Assembly (NCBI GenBank): GCA_965235115.1
Contig: OZ249439.1
Span: forward strand, 2,170,001 to 2,234,000
DNA from: Laetmonice hystrix
Taxonomy: Eukaryota
Direction: 5' to 3'
Length of the DNA stretch: 64,000 bases
The notes beneath the pieces are model-generated. The model was not told the DNA's origin. It ran no database searches and was given only the letters and a program-made list of their open reading frames with translations. Of the stretch, positions 25,383 through 38,489 are shown piece after piece (the stretch's first letter is position 1; every line of letters begins with the position of its first letter). The translations under genes were made by a program, and so were the position numbers.

Positions 25383-26319
25383 CTGTAAACCAAATGCAAT
25401 AGTTTTTAAAGGGAGCTTCCTCAAGTAGACCATTCGTTGGCAATGATGGAGTAACTGCATGGTGGAGACCCGTTCTGAACGTGAAAACTCGACCCAATTC
25501 TTCTTGTATCATGTCAATACCAGCAATGTATCAATCAAGTGTGTCCTTGATTCTCTCACAGGCCAAGTGTGTTTGGCGAGTAAATAAATAAATGAAGTCA
25601 AATCGTTAAGGAATGGACTTCCGGTACCGGTTACGTTTTACTTCCGGGGTTATTTCCCGCTGTGTCGCAGCTCAGAAATTTATCAAAAGCGTGTAAACAG
25701 GGAATATGCACTGTCAGACCAGGGCGAAGCTATGTGTAAAAAACGGGCCAGTCTATCCCAGATAAATATTTGTCCTCAAATGAATCCTTAATTGCATCTG
25801 AGGCAGCGTGTCGTCCCAATAAAAGTGCCAGAATCTGCGAGAAAAATCGTTTCCCTTTGTGGACTTTGTGCAAATTTGTGCAAATTATTCCAAATAAACG
25901 CAACAATGTATGAGTCTCTGAAAGTAATAACGAATTATGGCACCACTAAAATTCAGTATATTGTCAATGATGCGCAGATGCGGTGTGCCTGTCCTTATTC
26001 AGAGCGGGTATCAATTGTTCAATGTTAATTCAGAGAGATCTAACACGATACGCATGGCCAATCACGGACTGAAGGCGTCTCCATATCAAACATCTTCTCT
26101 GCAGGACCTCTTCCCTGCGAACCCAATTAATACGTTGATATCAGTGGTGTTTCATGGCTCATGTCCGAGTCTGGCCCTCTGGTGGGGAGTTCCAGACTGA
26201 GTGCCACCAATATCCTACAACGATCAGCGCGATCCATGAAACACGCATCATGTACTCCGACAGGACCTCACGTCGCTAACTGAAGGACGTTTGATGTTAT
26301 GAACTTGGCAAAAAAAAGT

Positions 26320-27775
26320 CTGGTGCCATCAAGCAATGAGTGTTGTGAAATCAGAGTCTGGTGCCATCAAGCAATGAGTGTTGTGAAATCAGAGTCTGGT
26401 GCCATCAAGCAATGAGTGTTGTGGACTCAGAGTCTGGTGCCATCAAGCAATGAGTGTTGTGGACTCAGAGTCTGGTGCCATCAAGCAATGAGGGTTGTGA
26501 AATCAGAATCTGGTGCCATCAAGCAATGAGTGTTGTGAAATCATAGTCTGGTGCCATCACGCAATGAGTGTTGTAAAATCAGAGTATGGTGCCATCAAGC
26601 AATGAGTGTTGTGAAATCAGAGTCTGGTGCCATCAGGGGGCCTCGGGTGGCCGAGTGGTCTAAGGTGTCGGCTCCATCATGACACCTAGGACCATCGCCT
26701 CACACCGCTGCGACCCGGGTTCGATTCCCGGCCTGGGCTGCACGTGTGAAAGGTTTGTCAGTCAGTTCCTTCCCGAAGGTCGGTGGTTTCCTCCGGGTAC
26801 TCCGGTTTCCTCCACCAAGAAAAACTGACTTTCATCTCATCTTCACCGCCGTGATATGACCCTGGCTGTTGCAAGGCGTAAAACCCCAAATACCCTACCC
26901 TACCCTGGTGCCATCAAGCAATGAGTGTTGTGAAATCAGAGTCTGGTACCATTAAGCAATGAGTGTTGTGAAATCAGAGTCTGGTGCCATCAAGCAATGA
27001 GTGTTATGAAATCAGAGTCTGGTGCCATCAAGCATTGGGTGTTGTGGACTCAGAGTCTGGCGCCATCAAGCAATGGGTGTTGTGGACTCAGAGTCTGGCG
27101 CCATCAAGCAATGAGTGTTGTGAAATCAGAGTCTGGCGCCATCAAGCAATGAGTGTTGTGAAATCAGAGTCTAGTGCCATCACGCAATGAGTGTTGTGAA
27201 ATCAGAGTCTGGTGCCATCAAGCAATGAGTGTTGTGAAATCAGAGTCTGGTGCCATCAAGCAATGAGTGTTGTGAAATCAGAGTCTGGTGCCATCAAGCA
27301 ATGAGTGTTGTGGACTCAGAGTCTGGCGCCATCAAGCAATGAGTGTTGTGGACTCAGAGTCTGGCGCCATCAAGCAATGAGTGTTGTGGAATCAGAGTCT
27401 GGCGCCATCAAGCAATGAGTGTTATGAAATCAGAGTCTGGCGCCATCAAGCAATGAGTGTTATGAAATCAGAGTCTGGTGCCATCAAGCAATGAGTGTTG
27501 TGAAATCAGAGTCTGGTGCCATCAAGCAATGAGTGTTGTGGACTCAGAATCTGGTGCCATCAAGCAATGAGTGTTGTGAAATCAGAGTCTGGTGCCATCA
27601 AGCAATGAGTGTTGTGGACTCAGAGTCTGGTGCCATCAAGCAATGAGTGTTGTGAAATCATAGTCTGGTGCCATCAAGCAATGAGTGTTGTGAAATCAGA
27701 GTCTGGTGCCATCAAGCAATGAGTGTTGTGAAATCAGAATCTGGTGCCATCACGCAATGAGTGTTGTGAAATCAT
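26320..27775. repeat. 38-bp minisatellite, ~31 copies, split by a SINE
   Basis: Unit AGAGTCTGGTGCCATCAAGCAATGAGTGTTGTGAAATC. Confidence 0.98.
26636..26904 (+). mobile_element. tRNA-derived SINE, 269 bp, with 12-bp TSD
   Basis: A box TGGCCGAGTGG, B box GGTTCGATTCC, short (TACCC)n tail, and TSD CTGGTGCCATCA at 26624-26635 and 26905-26916. The body motif GGTTTCCTCCGGGTACTCCGGTTTCCTCC resembles the V-SINE central domain (from memory; not searched). Confidence 0.92.
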
Positions 27776-28047
27776 CACCACTGGACAATGCGTGTAGGAA
27801 CTGGGAGTCCTAATACAGCATGATACGGCTGTGGGTAATTCTTCCTAATGTTTGCATCATGTTCCGGAGATATCATATCTGCCTGCTCTCTCAGCTTGGC
27901 GTGCTTCAATAATTGCACACTATATCATCCATACCAAGCTGGTCATTATCTCCCATGTGTAGGCTATAAACATCATGTCATCTCTTTAACCACACAAGAC
28001 GTTATTACCTCTGGCGTTAACATGATGTGTCGGCTTCCAGACAGATT

Positions 28048-28175
28048 CCTCGGGCCGTAACTGAAATACTCCATGACCTCGGCCATCGCTCAGTTATCCA
28101 CATTCTTGGGGCCGTAACTGAAATACTCCCAGCCCTCGACCATCGCTCGGTTATCCTTGGCGTCCCATAACTGAA
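28048..28175. repeat. ~58-bp tandem duplication, ~2.5 copies
   Basis: GGGCCGTAACTGAAATACTCC...CCTCG(G/A)CCATCGCTC(A/G)GTTATCC repeated. Confidence 0.85.
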
Positions 28176-28617
28176 AACTATTTTGAAATGCCCGGGACAG
28201 GGCAAATCCCGCAACTATTCAGGATTAACAGTAATTTGACCTTCTGGTTATTAATCTTGTTATTTATTTATTTTTTTTTTGGGGGGGGGGGATTTATAGG
28301 GGTAGCAGGTCTCTAGTGGCCCCCATACCCATGCAACCCTCGACTGCTTGAACACCTAGAACACCTACAAGATGAAGATTTTACGATTGGCGTTAACGTG
28401 GTGTTTGGGTCATCGTTTGGAGGTGTGACTCACAATGTTTGAGAGTGTCTCCTTGAAGGCACAAAAGGACCTTTGTCTTGTGTTTGTGACACGAACTAGA
28501 GGGGCAGTAGGGGAGTTCCTCCTTCCTGTGCACATGTTTGGCTGAAGGTCCATCTATCAAGGTTTAAAAAACAAGACACAAGTCGGGAGGTGATGGAGGT
28601 GAGTACGTCTTCTTCAC

Positions 28618-28703
28618 CTCTGCCAAGTGTGAATGAGTGGGTGTTGTTGGTGTGACGTCGTGTCGGCCACTAAGGCCATCTTCAAGGCGAAAATAGTGCG
28701 ATA
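28618..28703 (-). CDS. Candidate exon (YRTIFALKMALVADTTSHQQHPLIHTWQ)
   Basis: Acceptor ttcccacctttttgctag| and donor GAG|gtgaag. Confidence 0.3.
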
Positions 28704-29053
28704 CTAGCAAAAAGGTGGGAAGGAATCTATTGTCTCTGGGATACTCCACGGGAATCTCTGCCAAGAAACTTAGCTATTGAATATTGCATGTCGACTTGGC
28801 GGAGTTCTTGCTGCCTTCGTCTGAATGATGGCGCTGGATCGGTGACCCTGACCACGGACCTCTACAATTATTATACATGGCCGGCCATCATCCAACTATT
28901 CTTACACCAAATCTGACAATTCACATTGTCCAACCTCAGGAGGTCTTAAACGATCCACCATTGTGAGCCTGCACTGGGTGTGTATGAAAAACACATTTTT
29001 TCATCTAGATCATCGCTGGTGAATTCTCTATTTGTGGGATTTGAAAACATCAG

Positions 29054-29236
29054 GGGCCTGTCTTGCTAACGATGATCCCCAGCAAAATCTCCACCAAAGT
29101 CCCCAGATCTAGGGATATATCCGTTGTGAGGGGTCTTACTAAAAATGTCTCTCCATTGAAACAGTGTTGGGGGGGGGGGTCCCCGATTTGGGGATGTCCC
29201 TGATTTGGGGAGTGACATTCTTAGTGAGAAGGGCCC
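29054..29236. mobile_element. PIF/Harbinger-like MITE, 183 bp, CAG TSD
   Basis: CAG|GGGCCTGTCTTGCTAACGAT...ATTCTTAGTGAGAAGGGCCC|CAG; imperfect TIR (~15 of 21 bases match). Confidence 0.7.
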
Positions 29237-29959
29237 CAGATGTCCGAGTTTGTCGTATTGATTTGACTGAATCCTTCCAGCACGTCACTATCATAAAAAT
29301 CTCATTTAAATGTGAATATTTTCAGACATCTTATGACCTTTCATTTCTCAACCGTTCCTCGCCAATGACCTGCTCTGACCTGTCCAGCTCTCGATCCCTC
29401 TCAATCAATGCTGCCTCTGGCCGCCCTGGAGCCATGCCCCTCGAGTAGGTTCCGTTTTAGACTGACAGGTTCAGGCTTAATGTTACAACTACACCGAATC
29501 CCCAGAATCTGAGGGCGTGGTCACCAACCCCAAACCCCCACACCCACATCCATATTCAATTACAGTCACTTCAAACCCGATTTGCGCCGGCCTGTGGCCT
29601 TGACTGTCCCAATGGAATGGGGTCATGTGGCAAAAAGCATCCGACCTGGTCGTTTCTACATGAATGATCAGAAAATGTGCGAGATCTGAGCAAGCCTTGG
29701 GACAGTTATGACCTCAGCCCGGGTTCTCTATTATAGGCATCTGTCAAACTGGGCGGGCACGGTCCATTTGGATGCCTCACGAGTCGGCCCAATATGTCAC
29801 ATCCACAATAAACCTAATTTGATGCGGTACGGGCCACTTGGCAATTTGCGGCTAAATTATGTGTATCCTTAATAGCGCATTCACAAAATAATGGGGTGTT
29901 GTCATTGGAAATTATAACTCGAATTTAGGAGAGGATATGTGGGTGGGGAGCGTGGCCTC

Positions 29960-30295
29960 GTATCTATCTGACCATAAGGTATCTAACTGATTATAATATA
30001 TCTATCTGATCATAAAGTATCTAACTGATCACAATGTATCTGATCACAATGTATCTGAGCAGAAGGTATCTAACTGATCATAATATATCTATCTGATCAT
30101 AAAGTATCTAACTGATCACAATGTATCTGATCACAATGTATCTGAGCAGAAGGTATCTATCTGATCATAAGATATCTATCTGATCATAAAGTATCTAACT
30201 GATCACAATGTATCTTATCACAATGTATCTGAGCAGAAGGTATCTATCTGATCATAAGATATCTATCTGACCCTAATATATCTATCTGACAGACA
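29960..30295. repeat. Compound TATCTAnCTGATCA satellite
   Basis: Interleaved TATCTATCTGATCATAA, TATCTAACTGATCACAATG and TATCTGAGCAGAAGG subunits. Confidence 0.9.
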
Positions 30296-30804
30296 GATAC
30301 TCGTCTCGCATAACTCCACCCTACTCCTTCCACCAGCAACATTGCGCGGAGTACAAATCAGGGCTTGACAATGTACCATCTGTTCCTCTGTTGAACTTGT
30401 TTTCTTGTGCATAATTTAGTCTGCCTTGACACACGTTAATCCGATCAGGTACCAGAAAGGCGGTCAGTAAATGTGATTAACGAAGGTGCCATCCCATTCT
30501 GGCAAACCAGGAACACAATCTGCAAGTGGTAACCAAGCTCGGTGCGAGTGGCGTTGCTCTAGTTGACGGGCCGCCTAATCACTGAACCCGTCACATTTCC
30601 TCCATTAAATCCACCAAGAAGAGTTAATGTTATAAAACCGTTGATAACGCAGTCCATTATGTGTCTAATCTCTGTTAATACGATTACCGTCCACCCACCC
30701 CACTCGGAATACATTCAGCGGAACTTCAGTGTAGTTTTTACGAGCAAATCATAGTTTGCTGTGAAATGGCAGGTACCGGTTTGCTTTGGTTTGTCATGCA
30801 GGAC

Positions 30805-31290
30805 AACCAGCAGACATTTTGAGCAGCAGACGTTTTGACCAGCAGATGTTTTGACCAGCAGACGTTTTGAGCAGCAGGCGTTTTGAGCAGCAGATGTTTT
30901 GACCAGCAGACGTTTTGAGCAGCAGACATTCTGAGCAGCAGACATTTTGAGCAGCAGATGTTTTGACCAGCAGACGTTTTGAGCAGCAGACGTTTTGAGC
31001 AGCAGACATTTTGAGCAGCAGACATTTTGACCAGCAGACGTTTTGAGCAGCAGACGTTCTGACCAGCAGACGTTTTGACCAGCAGACGTTTTAAGCGGCA
31101 GACGTTTTGACCAGCAAACGTTTTGACCAGCAGATGTTTTGACCAGCAGACGTTTTGAGCAGCAAACGCTTTGAGCGGCAGACGTTTTGACCAGCAGACG
31201 TTTTGACCAGCAGACGTTTTGAGCAGCAAACGTTTTGAGCGGCAGACGTTTTGACCAGCAGACGTTTTGACCAGCAGACGTTTTGAGCAG
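30805..31290. repeat. 15-bp minisatellite, ~32 copies
   Basis: Unit CAGCAGACGTTTTGA(C/G), with 15-16 bp variants. Confidence 0.97.
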
Positions 31291-32709
31291 TGATTCATGA
31301 GATAACTTTGGTGTGATGATACACGGCGACTACTTGTTTGTTAATTCACCACACAACATTCCTTCTTGAAATCGAGAAGGTCTCTTCTAAACAACGTTTT
31401 AACCAGACTAAATCTGCCTTTCTTCTCACAAGTTATTGTGTTTAGTGGCAGAATTACAACGGACAACTTGCTATGTCTGTTTTCCAAAGCGATGAATCAC
31501 CTTAATTGAGCCCATGAACGCCTCTAGAAGGCTAATGTGGAGACTTTGATCTAGCAATTAGTGGGCTGTGTGACTGGCTGTAGAGCGAGCTTTTAAAGTG
31601 CATACTTTTACGGCAGACTTAAGTCTCAATGGTACAAAATGAGTTAGTTACAAAAGTTACTCTAATCCCTTTCTCGTCGATTAATACAACGTGCACCTTC
31701 CCCTAGGTAGCTACCATAAAGGAGAATGTTTTCTCTCTTAAGATTGATATTGTAGTTTTCGCAACAATTTGCACCCTTTGATCTTCAGTTGAATGTCAGA
31801 TTTAATTTGGATCCAATAAATGCGAGAATGTTTTCTGTTGCTGGTATCTGGAATTAGCTGTCACTTTGTGAGGACGATGGGACGACGAATGTAGAAGACA
31901 ACTCCGGCATTTGTTTAAAGAACATTGCGTCTTTGTATTCCACGAATGGTGGAATACAAAGTTATTTGTTTACACTTTCAACAGTCACAGCTGGCGGAAC
32001 GTCTCTTCAGTTGGAGTTAGGGCTGATCAGGGCAATAGCGAATGGGTTTAAAGAGGTACGAACAACAGAACGACGGGAGGTTCGTGTGAGGAAAACTAAC
32101 GACTCTGGTGCATTTCAATAAAGCCCAAAGATATCTTTGAAAACCTCGCTGATGCCAGGTGCAAGGTTTTTATTGAAACACTCGCTCGCTCCCCATCCAG
32201 ACTACACTAGTCCCAAAGTCATCTTTGGTAAAGATATCTTTAGCAAAGCTATCTTTTGATATTGAAACGCACGGAGTACGCAGTCCTCAGACGAGAGAAA
32301 GCATCGATGATTTGCTATCTGCTGTGAATACGAACCGACCTATTCAATATGGGTGGCTAAATTCAATTGAAGGTGCCTAATCTACTTTGTCTGATATTGC
32401 CACTGTCCCTATAATATTACGAACCCCTCCCAGTGGGCGCATTGACAGCGTGTTATTATGCTTTATCCTCCCTCAGCGCACACAGCCTAATCTTATTATA
32501 TCACACTAATAAAATAAACTCGCTTCCTTGCCTACATTATATTATTACGCAACAGTGTTTCTGTCAATTATAAGTATGTCACTAGTGATAATTCTGTCCT
32601 GATGTCAAATTAAACTACTTTCTGGCATAACTAGGACAGGCGAATTAGCGTAAATTGCTGCAGGACTAACTTTCACATAGCAAAGACAAATGGTAGGTGT
32701 GCCCCGCCC

Positions 32710-33058
32710 GCGAAATTTTTTTCCCCACATTAGTTCCGGACCCCATTCTAGCTTCATTGGCATACAGCCAATCAGTGAACGCCAGACTCTATCGCTCGCG
32801 ATATGGGACCGAACAGTGTCAGTGAATGTTTCTTATTGACACCCACATTAAGATCCACTGCTCATCAATTAGTGCCTATTTAACAATAATTTTGGGCTAT
32901 GAAAACTAACACTAACCTTAGGCCTAACCTTTACCCTAACCCAAACACACTGTCTCGCATCTCGCATGTCGTCGCCGGTATTCCATAGCCATATGTGTGC
33001 CTGTTTCTGATTGGCTGTATGATAATGAGGGTCCAGAACTAATGTGGGGAAAAAATTG
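32710..33058. mobile_element. MITE-like element with imperfect inverted arms and telomere-like core
   Basis: AATTTTTTTCCCCACATTAGTTCCGGACCC...CATACAGCCAATCAG is inverted against CTGATTGGCTGTATG...GGGTCCAGAACTAATGTGGGGAAAAAATT. Central CTAACCTTAGGCCTAACCTTTACCCTAACCC. TGCCCCGCCC lies on both flanks; exact TSD is ambiguous. Confidence 0.75.
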
Positions 33059-33159
33059 CCCCGCCCCCCGCCGCCGCCTCTTGGAGGTGTGTCCAGTTTG
33101 TGGAGTTCTCACGGTGGACTGTATACAGTGAGATGAGACTGACAGCTCATTCATCATAC

Positions 33160-33227
33160 CAAATCACTGTGGGATCTACAGGTGTCTCAAGGACGCCACT
33201 CAACGTGAACGAAACCTTCTCAATCAT
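33160..33227 (-). CDS. Candidate exon (MIEKVSFTLSGVLETPVDPTVI)
   Basis: Acceptor gatgtgtag| (weak) and donor TTG|gtatga; an in-frame stop immediately upstream marks the boundary. Confidence 0.28.
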
Positions 33228-34314
33228 CTACACATCTCCCGGCTCCAGATACTCGTCAGAGTCTCTTACAGTGACATTCCAACCTTTTTCTACCAGAATA
33301 GCCGTCTAAGAATTCCCCAGCCGACATACCATTCACCATCAATTTCACTTTCAGACTAAAAGAATAACTTTTAACCCCAGAGAGTTACTACCCGGATTTC
33401 GCATTTTTAAACGGAGCTTCTCATTGGCTGGTTTCACTTTCAGTTGACCAGCCAATCAGAATCCATAAAACCAATTTCAAGACTCGTCTATAGTTTGCAA
33501 ACTAAAACCCGGGGCCTGAGATCCTTGAAGGGAAAACTGCCAAACTCAAAGTGAATGCATGTAGCGAAAGAAAAACTGCCAAAATACCTAAGAAAAGTCT
33601 GTCAGACCCTCCATTGGTCTATAGCTGGTTGCCTTGGATACTAATGTAGATTATAGCACTTCTGTTTTTCTCCGCCTAGAAATATGTATGTAAAGGAAAC
33701 CCATGTACTACTGGTGACAGCTCACGTCTGTCCTCTTGAGTTGCTCGCATCAACAGCTAACGTAGGTTGCTCTTAAACTACTGGGTAAAGTGCCACTCCT
33801 GTTTCCAGGTCGCTCGTGATATAAATGTAAGGTAAATAGAAAGCATAATGTGATCAATCAGGGCTTGCTGTCCAAGTGGCGCGTCCAAAACGTATCGTTC
33901 TTCGTATATCGTACATGGTATTCAATAATATAATTGGGAGACCGTCGGTATATCTGATATATAGGTAGTGTATAGTCAGAGATTGCTCATTTGAAAGGTC
34001 CTATCTGTTTGATATATATCTTCTGGAAAAGTAAATGTATTCCACTGACGGTAAATGGGCAAGACATGGGAAAGCTATTAAATAGACGGAGCAATATGAA
34101 CGTTGGAGAGCCCACCTGGGTGTGGAGCCTGCAACATGATGGGTCTAAGCTCTGGTGACATTTCGAGAAGCCATTTAGTGCCAAGGTGTGCGCAGGCCCC
34201 TGTAAGTAAATACGTGAAGATGTCCTGTACACATAGCACGGAGAGCTTGGGGAGAGCCTCTACTACCAGTCATCACATACACTCAAATAACAGTACAACT
34301 CTTGTTACTCAGCA

Positions 34315-34815
34315 GGACGGCGCCTGGGGCGGCAAGGGGTACCCTTACACGGCGCCTGGGGCAGCAAGGGGAACCCTTACACGGCGCCTGGGGCGGCAAG
34401 AGGTACCCTTACACGGCGCCTGGGGCGGCAGGGGTTACCCTTACACGGCGCCTGGGGCGGCAAGGGGTACCCTTACACGGCGCCTGGGGCGGCAAGAGGT
34501 ACCCTTACACGGCGCCTGGGGCGGCAGGGGTTACCCTTACACGGCGCCTGGGGCAGCAAGGGGTACCCTTACACGGCGCCTGGGGCGGCAAGGGGTACCC
34601 TTACACGGCGCCTGGGGCGGCAAGAGGTACCCATACACGGCGCCTGGGACGGCAAGGGGTACTCTTACACGGAGCCTGGGGCGGCAAGGGGTACATGGCG
34701 CCTGGCGTGACAAGAGGTACCCTTACACGGCGCCTGGGGCAACACGGGTTACTCTTACATGGCGCCTGGGGCGGCAAGAGGTACCCATACACGGCGCCTG
34801 GGACAGCAAGGGTTC
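34315..34815. repeat. 32-bp GC-rich minisatellite, ~15 copies
   Basis: Unit GGCGCCTGGGGCGGCAAGGGGTACCCTTACAC. Confidence 0.97.
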
Positions 34816-37800
34816 TTTGCTATGACATTGAGATTAGGTTCTTCCAGTCGGTGACATTTATGTCATCAACAATTCATTTTATTCTCACCTCTTGGGTATC
34901 TGACGGAAGACAAATTTCCATTTTTTTGTCATTGACTCAGAGATTCCCACGGTGAGTGGGTAACATTTCAACCCTACCCTTTCACGGCACACACTAGCTG
35001 TGTTTGAGGGTAGCCCTTGTGTAGAAGACCAAAACAAAGTGGCCTTAACTGACACTGGATTGGGAGGTAAAGTCTAACTGTCAGGACGGTTGGCGGATAA
35101 CCAATGGAAACCTTGTTTGGGCACGTGCTAACATTAATGTCACCGGAATGATTGAGTACAACTCCGACCACGGACACCTGACTTGACAAATGCATTAGTC
35201 AACCCAGTGCTCGGATTGAAAGCGTGTATCGAGCCACAAATTATATTTTTCATCTCTGGATTAATTGTACCCGAGGATTCATCCCTCAGTCGTGTTTTTA
35301 CTCGTCATGACTATAGATTGATGAGAGGTTACGATTTAATCGAATTCTAATCCCGAGGTGAAATGTTTTCCTTCATTAAGTAGACATCGGTAACACTGAT
35401 CACGTATCCGGTACGTCGGTTCCCGGTTACTTATCGACACCAGGAGAGGGTTGAGGGCCCAGGGACCCGTCCACAGTCCTCCCAACGGGTTCTGTTCGAT
35501 TAAACACAGATAATAACATGGTCGGGGAACTGTTGTGGGGTTGCCTAGGGGTTGGGTTACAGTGTGGAAATCTGCCAAGAGCTCATTTCAAAATCACTAA
35601 ATTACCTTTCGACGGCACTCTTGTACAGTTTCCTACATTGTAGAGTACAGATTATTAGCGGCTAAAACAACAGCTGGTATATGATTGTTTTTTGAACGAC
35701 TCGCTGAATATGACACCTCGTTTGGTAAATGTCCGCTTGTATCAATCACTCCGCACACGTTTTCACCTTTCTGCCGGAAAGAGATTCACAACTAATTCAG
35801 GCTATCAACATCACTCGTCTGTATCTTACAACGGAACCTTGCGAATCCATGGGAGATTCCTCGCCAACTATAAGTCGCCATAATAAGACCTGTCAAAATC
35901 ACGAAGATTGCCTTCCCTATCTCGACAGAAGCGTTGACTAATTGCCTCCCAGCAGCCTTCATTAGGACCGCGGAATCAGCTTTCCCACAAACAATTTCTC
36001 TAACCAGAGATAATGTCAATATAAATCTTCAAGACAATTTCTCAAAATTCATCAAAATTTCAGTAATTATTGGAATAAAAAAGTTACAGAAATGTGCCAG
36101 AAGATCTGACAGTGATCAAGGTCATGTTGTATGAGAATGTGCCGTGATGATCCTTACAAGCTGCCAGTCAGACTTGATTTCAAACACTCCATACCGTCAG
36201 GGGCAGAACCCCGCCCCCGGTCGCATCCCCCGAAATTTGTTGCTAAGAACTAAAAATCTAACGCCGAAAGTCTAGCCTCAAAGTCTAGCCCCAAACTGGA
36301 CCCGACCCCTGTGGCGGTGGACTAGGCCCGACCCCCAGGGCGATGGACTGGGCCCGACCCCCGGGACGGTGGACGAGGATCGGTTGGCCATCCCAGACAT
36401 GATTGGATAATAATGCACAAGGTGAACTGCTGGTGAACAGTCACAAAACAATCGACCGTGTACTAATGACTGTTGACTTTAAGTGAGAAATGGGCCCTTT
36501 GTTTAACCAGTACATCATTCATTATGGCTCGTTGAGGGCCCTGACAGCAGTCTGGTGAAAGTTGGCAGAGGAGATCTTCAAATCACGGCTTCAACCAGTC
36601 TAACATGGGGCTGGGTGGGGGCGTCAATACATTATAATATCATCACTCAGTCTAACATGGGGCTGGGTGGGTGGCATATATCACTTATCATGTATTATTT
36701 CCTGACTATCTATAAACTCACACTATTCGTTAAAAAATTATCGGGGTCCTTGCAATTTGTTATGATCCTTGAAAACCAGCGTTGACTGGTAACCATGGTG
36801 ACCCTGAAAGCACTAGCTGACATGTTTCCTGATCCGCTGCACGTCGGGGTGACACCAGTGCCGCCCTGAGGGTGTCGACTTCGGCCAATTATGGCTTCGC
36901 AATTCGTATGTGTTCCGTTAAAATGAAAGGAATGGAACTCATGGTTCTGAACCATGCGCTGTGTCCACAGCATCCTTCATGACAAACTGCTCTGATGGTG
37001 AAGATCTGCTGTCTGTAAGTCATCTCCAAGGCCACAGAGAATGTCCTTGATACGTACCGTGTGTGGACATTGCTGTCCTCCTCTTTCCCCCAATTTCTAA
37101 AGATTGGTTAGGGTCGTACAGCAAGCCGGAGGCGGGGTTTGCTCCAGACTTGGAGCATGGGTTGGGTTGAGTGTGTGGCGCCGGGTCCACATCCGCCCCG
37201 GGAGAGGCCACCCGATCTCCCCGGCTCACCAGGCCCATCCCGCCGGGGACCCAGCCTCCCACATACAACCCCCATCCCCCTCCACGGCCACATCACCCCG
37301 ACAACAACCACACCCTATTCACGATAATCCATAGGATTATTTGACGGTTTGAAGAAGGGACGTGGCTATGAATACAAATCAGCGTGGGTAGCGCTTAGAC
37401 AGAGCTACAGCTATGAGATGGGTGAGTACCAAACATGTGCCTGCCTCTGGCTTCCTCTTGCCCATCTCCTAAACCGGACAGCTCTGTTTATTACTGGACC
37501 ATTCCTTAAAAACCCATGCCAAAACCTTGGTATGTCCTCCTGGACAAGGCACTATTCACCAGTCTTGTCATGTAATCTGGGACGGGCGCATGTAGATTAC
37601 AAGGAATGGGATTATCAATGTTGCAGCGTACTTACACTAAACCGATTGACATCGAATTATTTTGGACGGAACCTGCAATTAACGTTAGTATTCGGGCTGG
37701 GAACTACTCGATGATAAATTAGTGACATTACATGAACCATTGCACGCACTAATATATTAGCAAGCAGATCAAGTATTTCAGGTATTCATTTTCTTGCACG

Positions 37801-37944
37801 ATTGGTTTCGTTGACTGAAAGATTTCCCATAGTGTTTGGGGTGTAGAAGTGTTTACAGATGCTTCCTTAGATGTTGACATAATCCTACCGCTGATAAGAC
37901 GATCAGTTCAGAACCAGGGCAGCCATCGAGAGATTGAGGCAATT

Positions 37945-38445
37945 GTGTACACAAGTATATCAACAAAATCATACAGACTGTGTACCCATGTATATTAACA
38001 AAATCATACAGACTGTGTACACATGTATATCAACAAAATCATAGACTGTGTACACATGTATATCAACAAAATCATACAGACTGTGTACACATGTATATCA
38101 ACAAAATCATAGACTGTGTACACATGTATATCATCAAAATCATAGACTGTGTACACATGTATATCAACAAAATCATAAACTGTGTACACATGTATATCAA
38201 CAAAATTATACAGACTGTGTACACATGTATATCAACAAAATCATAGACCGTGTACACATGTATATAAACAAAATCATAGACTGTGTACACATGTATATCA
38301 ACAAAATCATAAACTGTGTACACATGTATATCAACAAAATCATAGACTGTGTATACATGTATATCAACAAAATCATAGACTGTGTACACATATATATCAA
38401 CAGAATCAGACTGTGTACACATGTATATCAACTAAATCATAGACT
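37945..38445. repeat. 33/35-bp minisatellite, ~14 copies
   Basis: Unit GACTGTGTACACATGTATATCAACAAAATCATA(CA). Confidence 0.97.
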
Positions 38446-38489
38446 ACCTGCGAGAATGTTATCCTGTCTTGGCATCTATTTCAACTTAA

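Noticed and set aside
26636-26735. tRNA gene
   Set aside because: A and B boxes are present, but they continue into a SINE body, tail and TSD. I see no proper cloverleaf end or poly-T terminator.
18061-28660. Shared 15-mer TGTTGGTGTGACGTC at ~18061 and ~28645
   Set aside because: Roughly two chance 15-mer matches are expected in 64 kb, and there is no flanking similarity.
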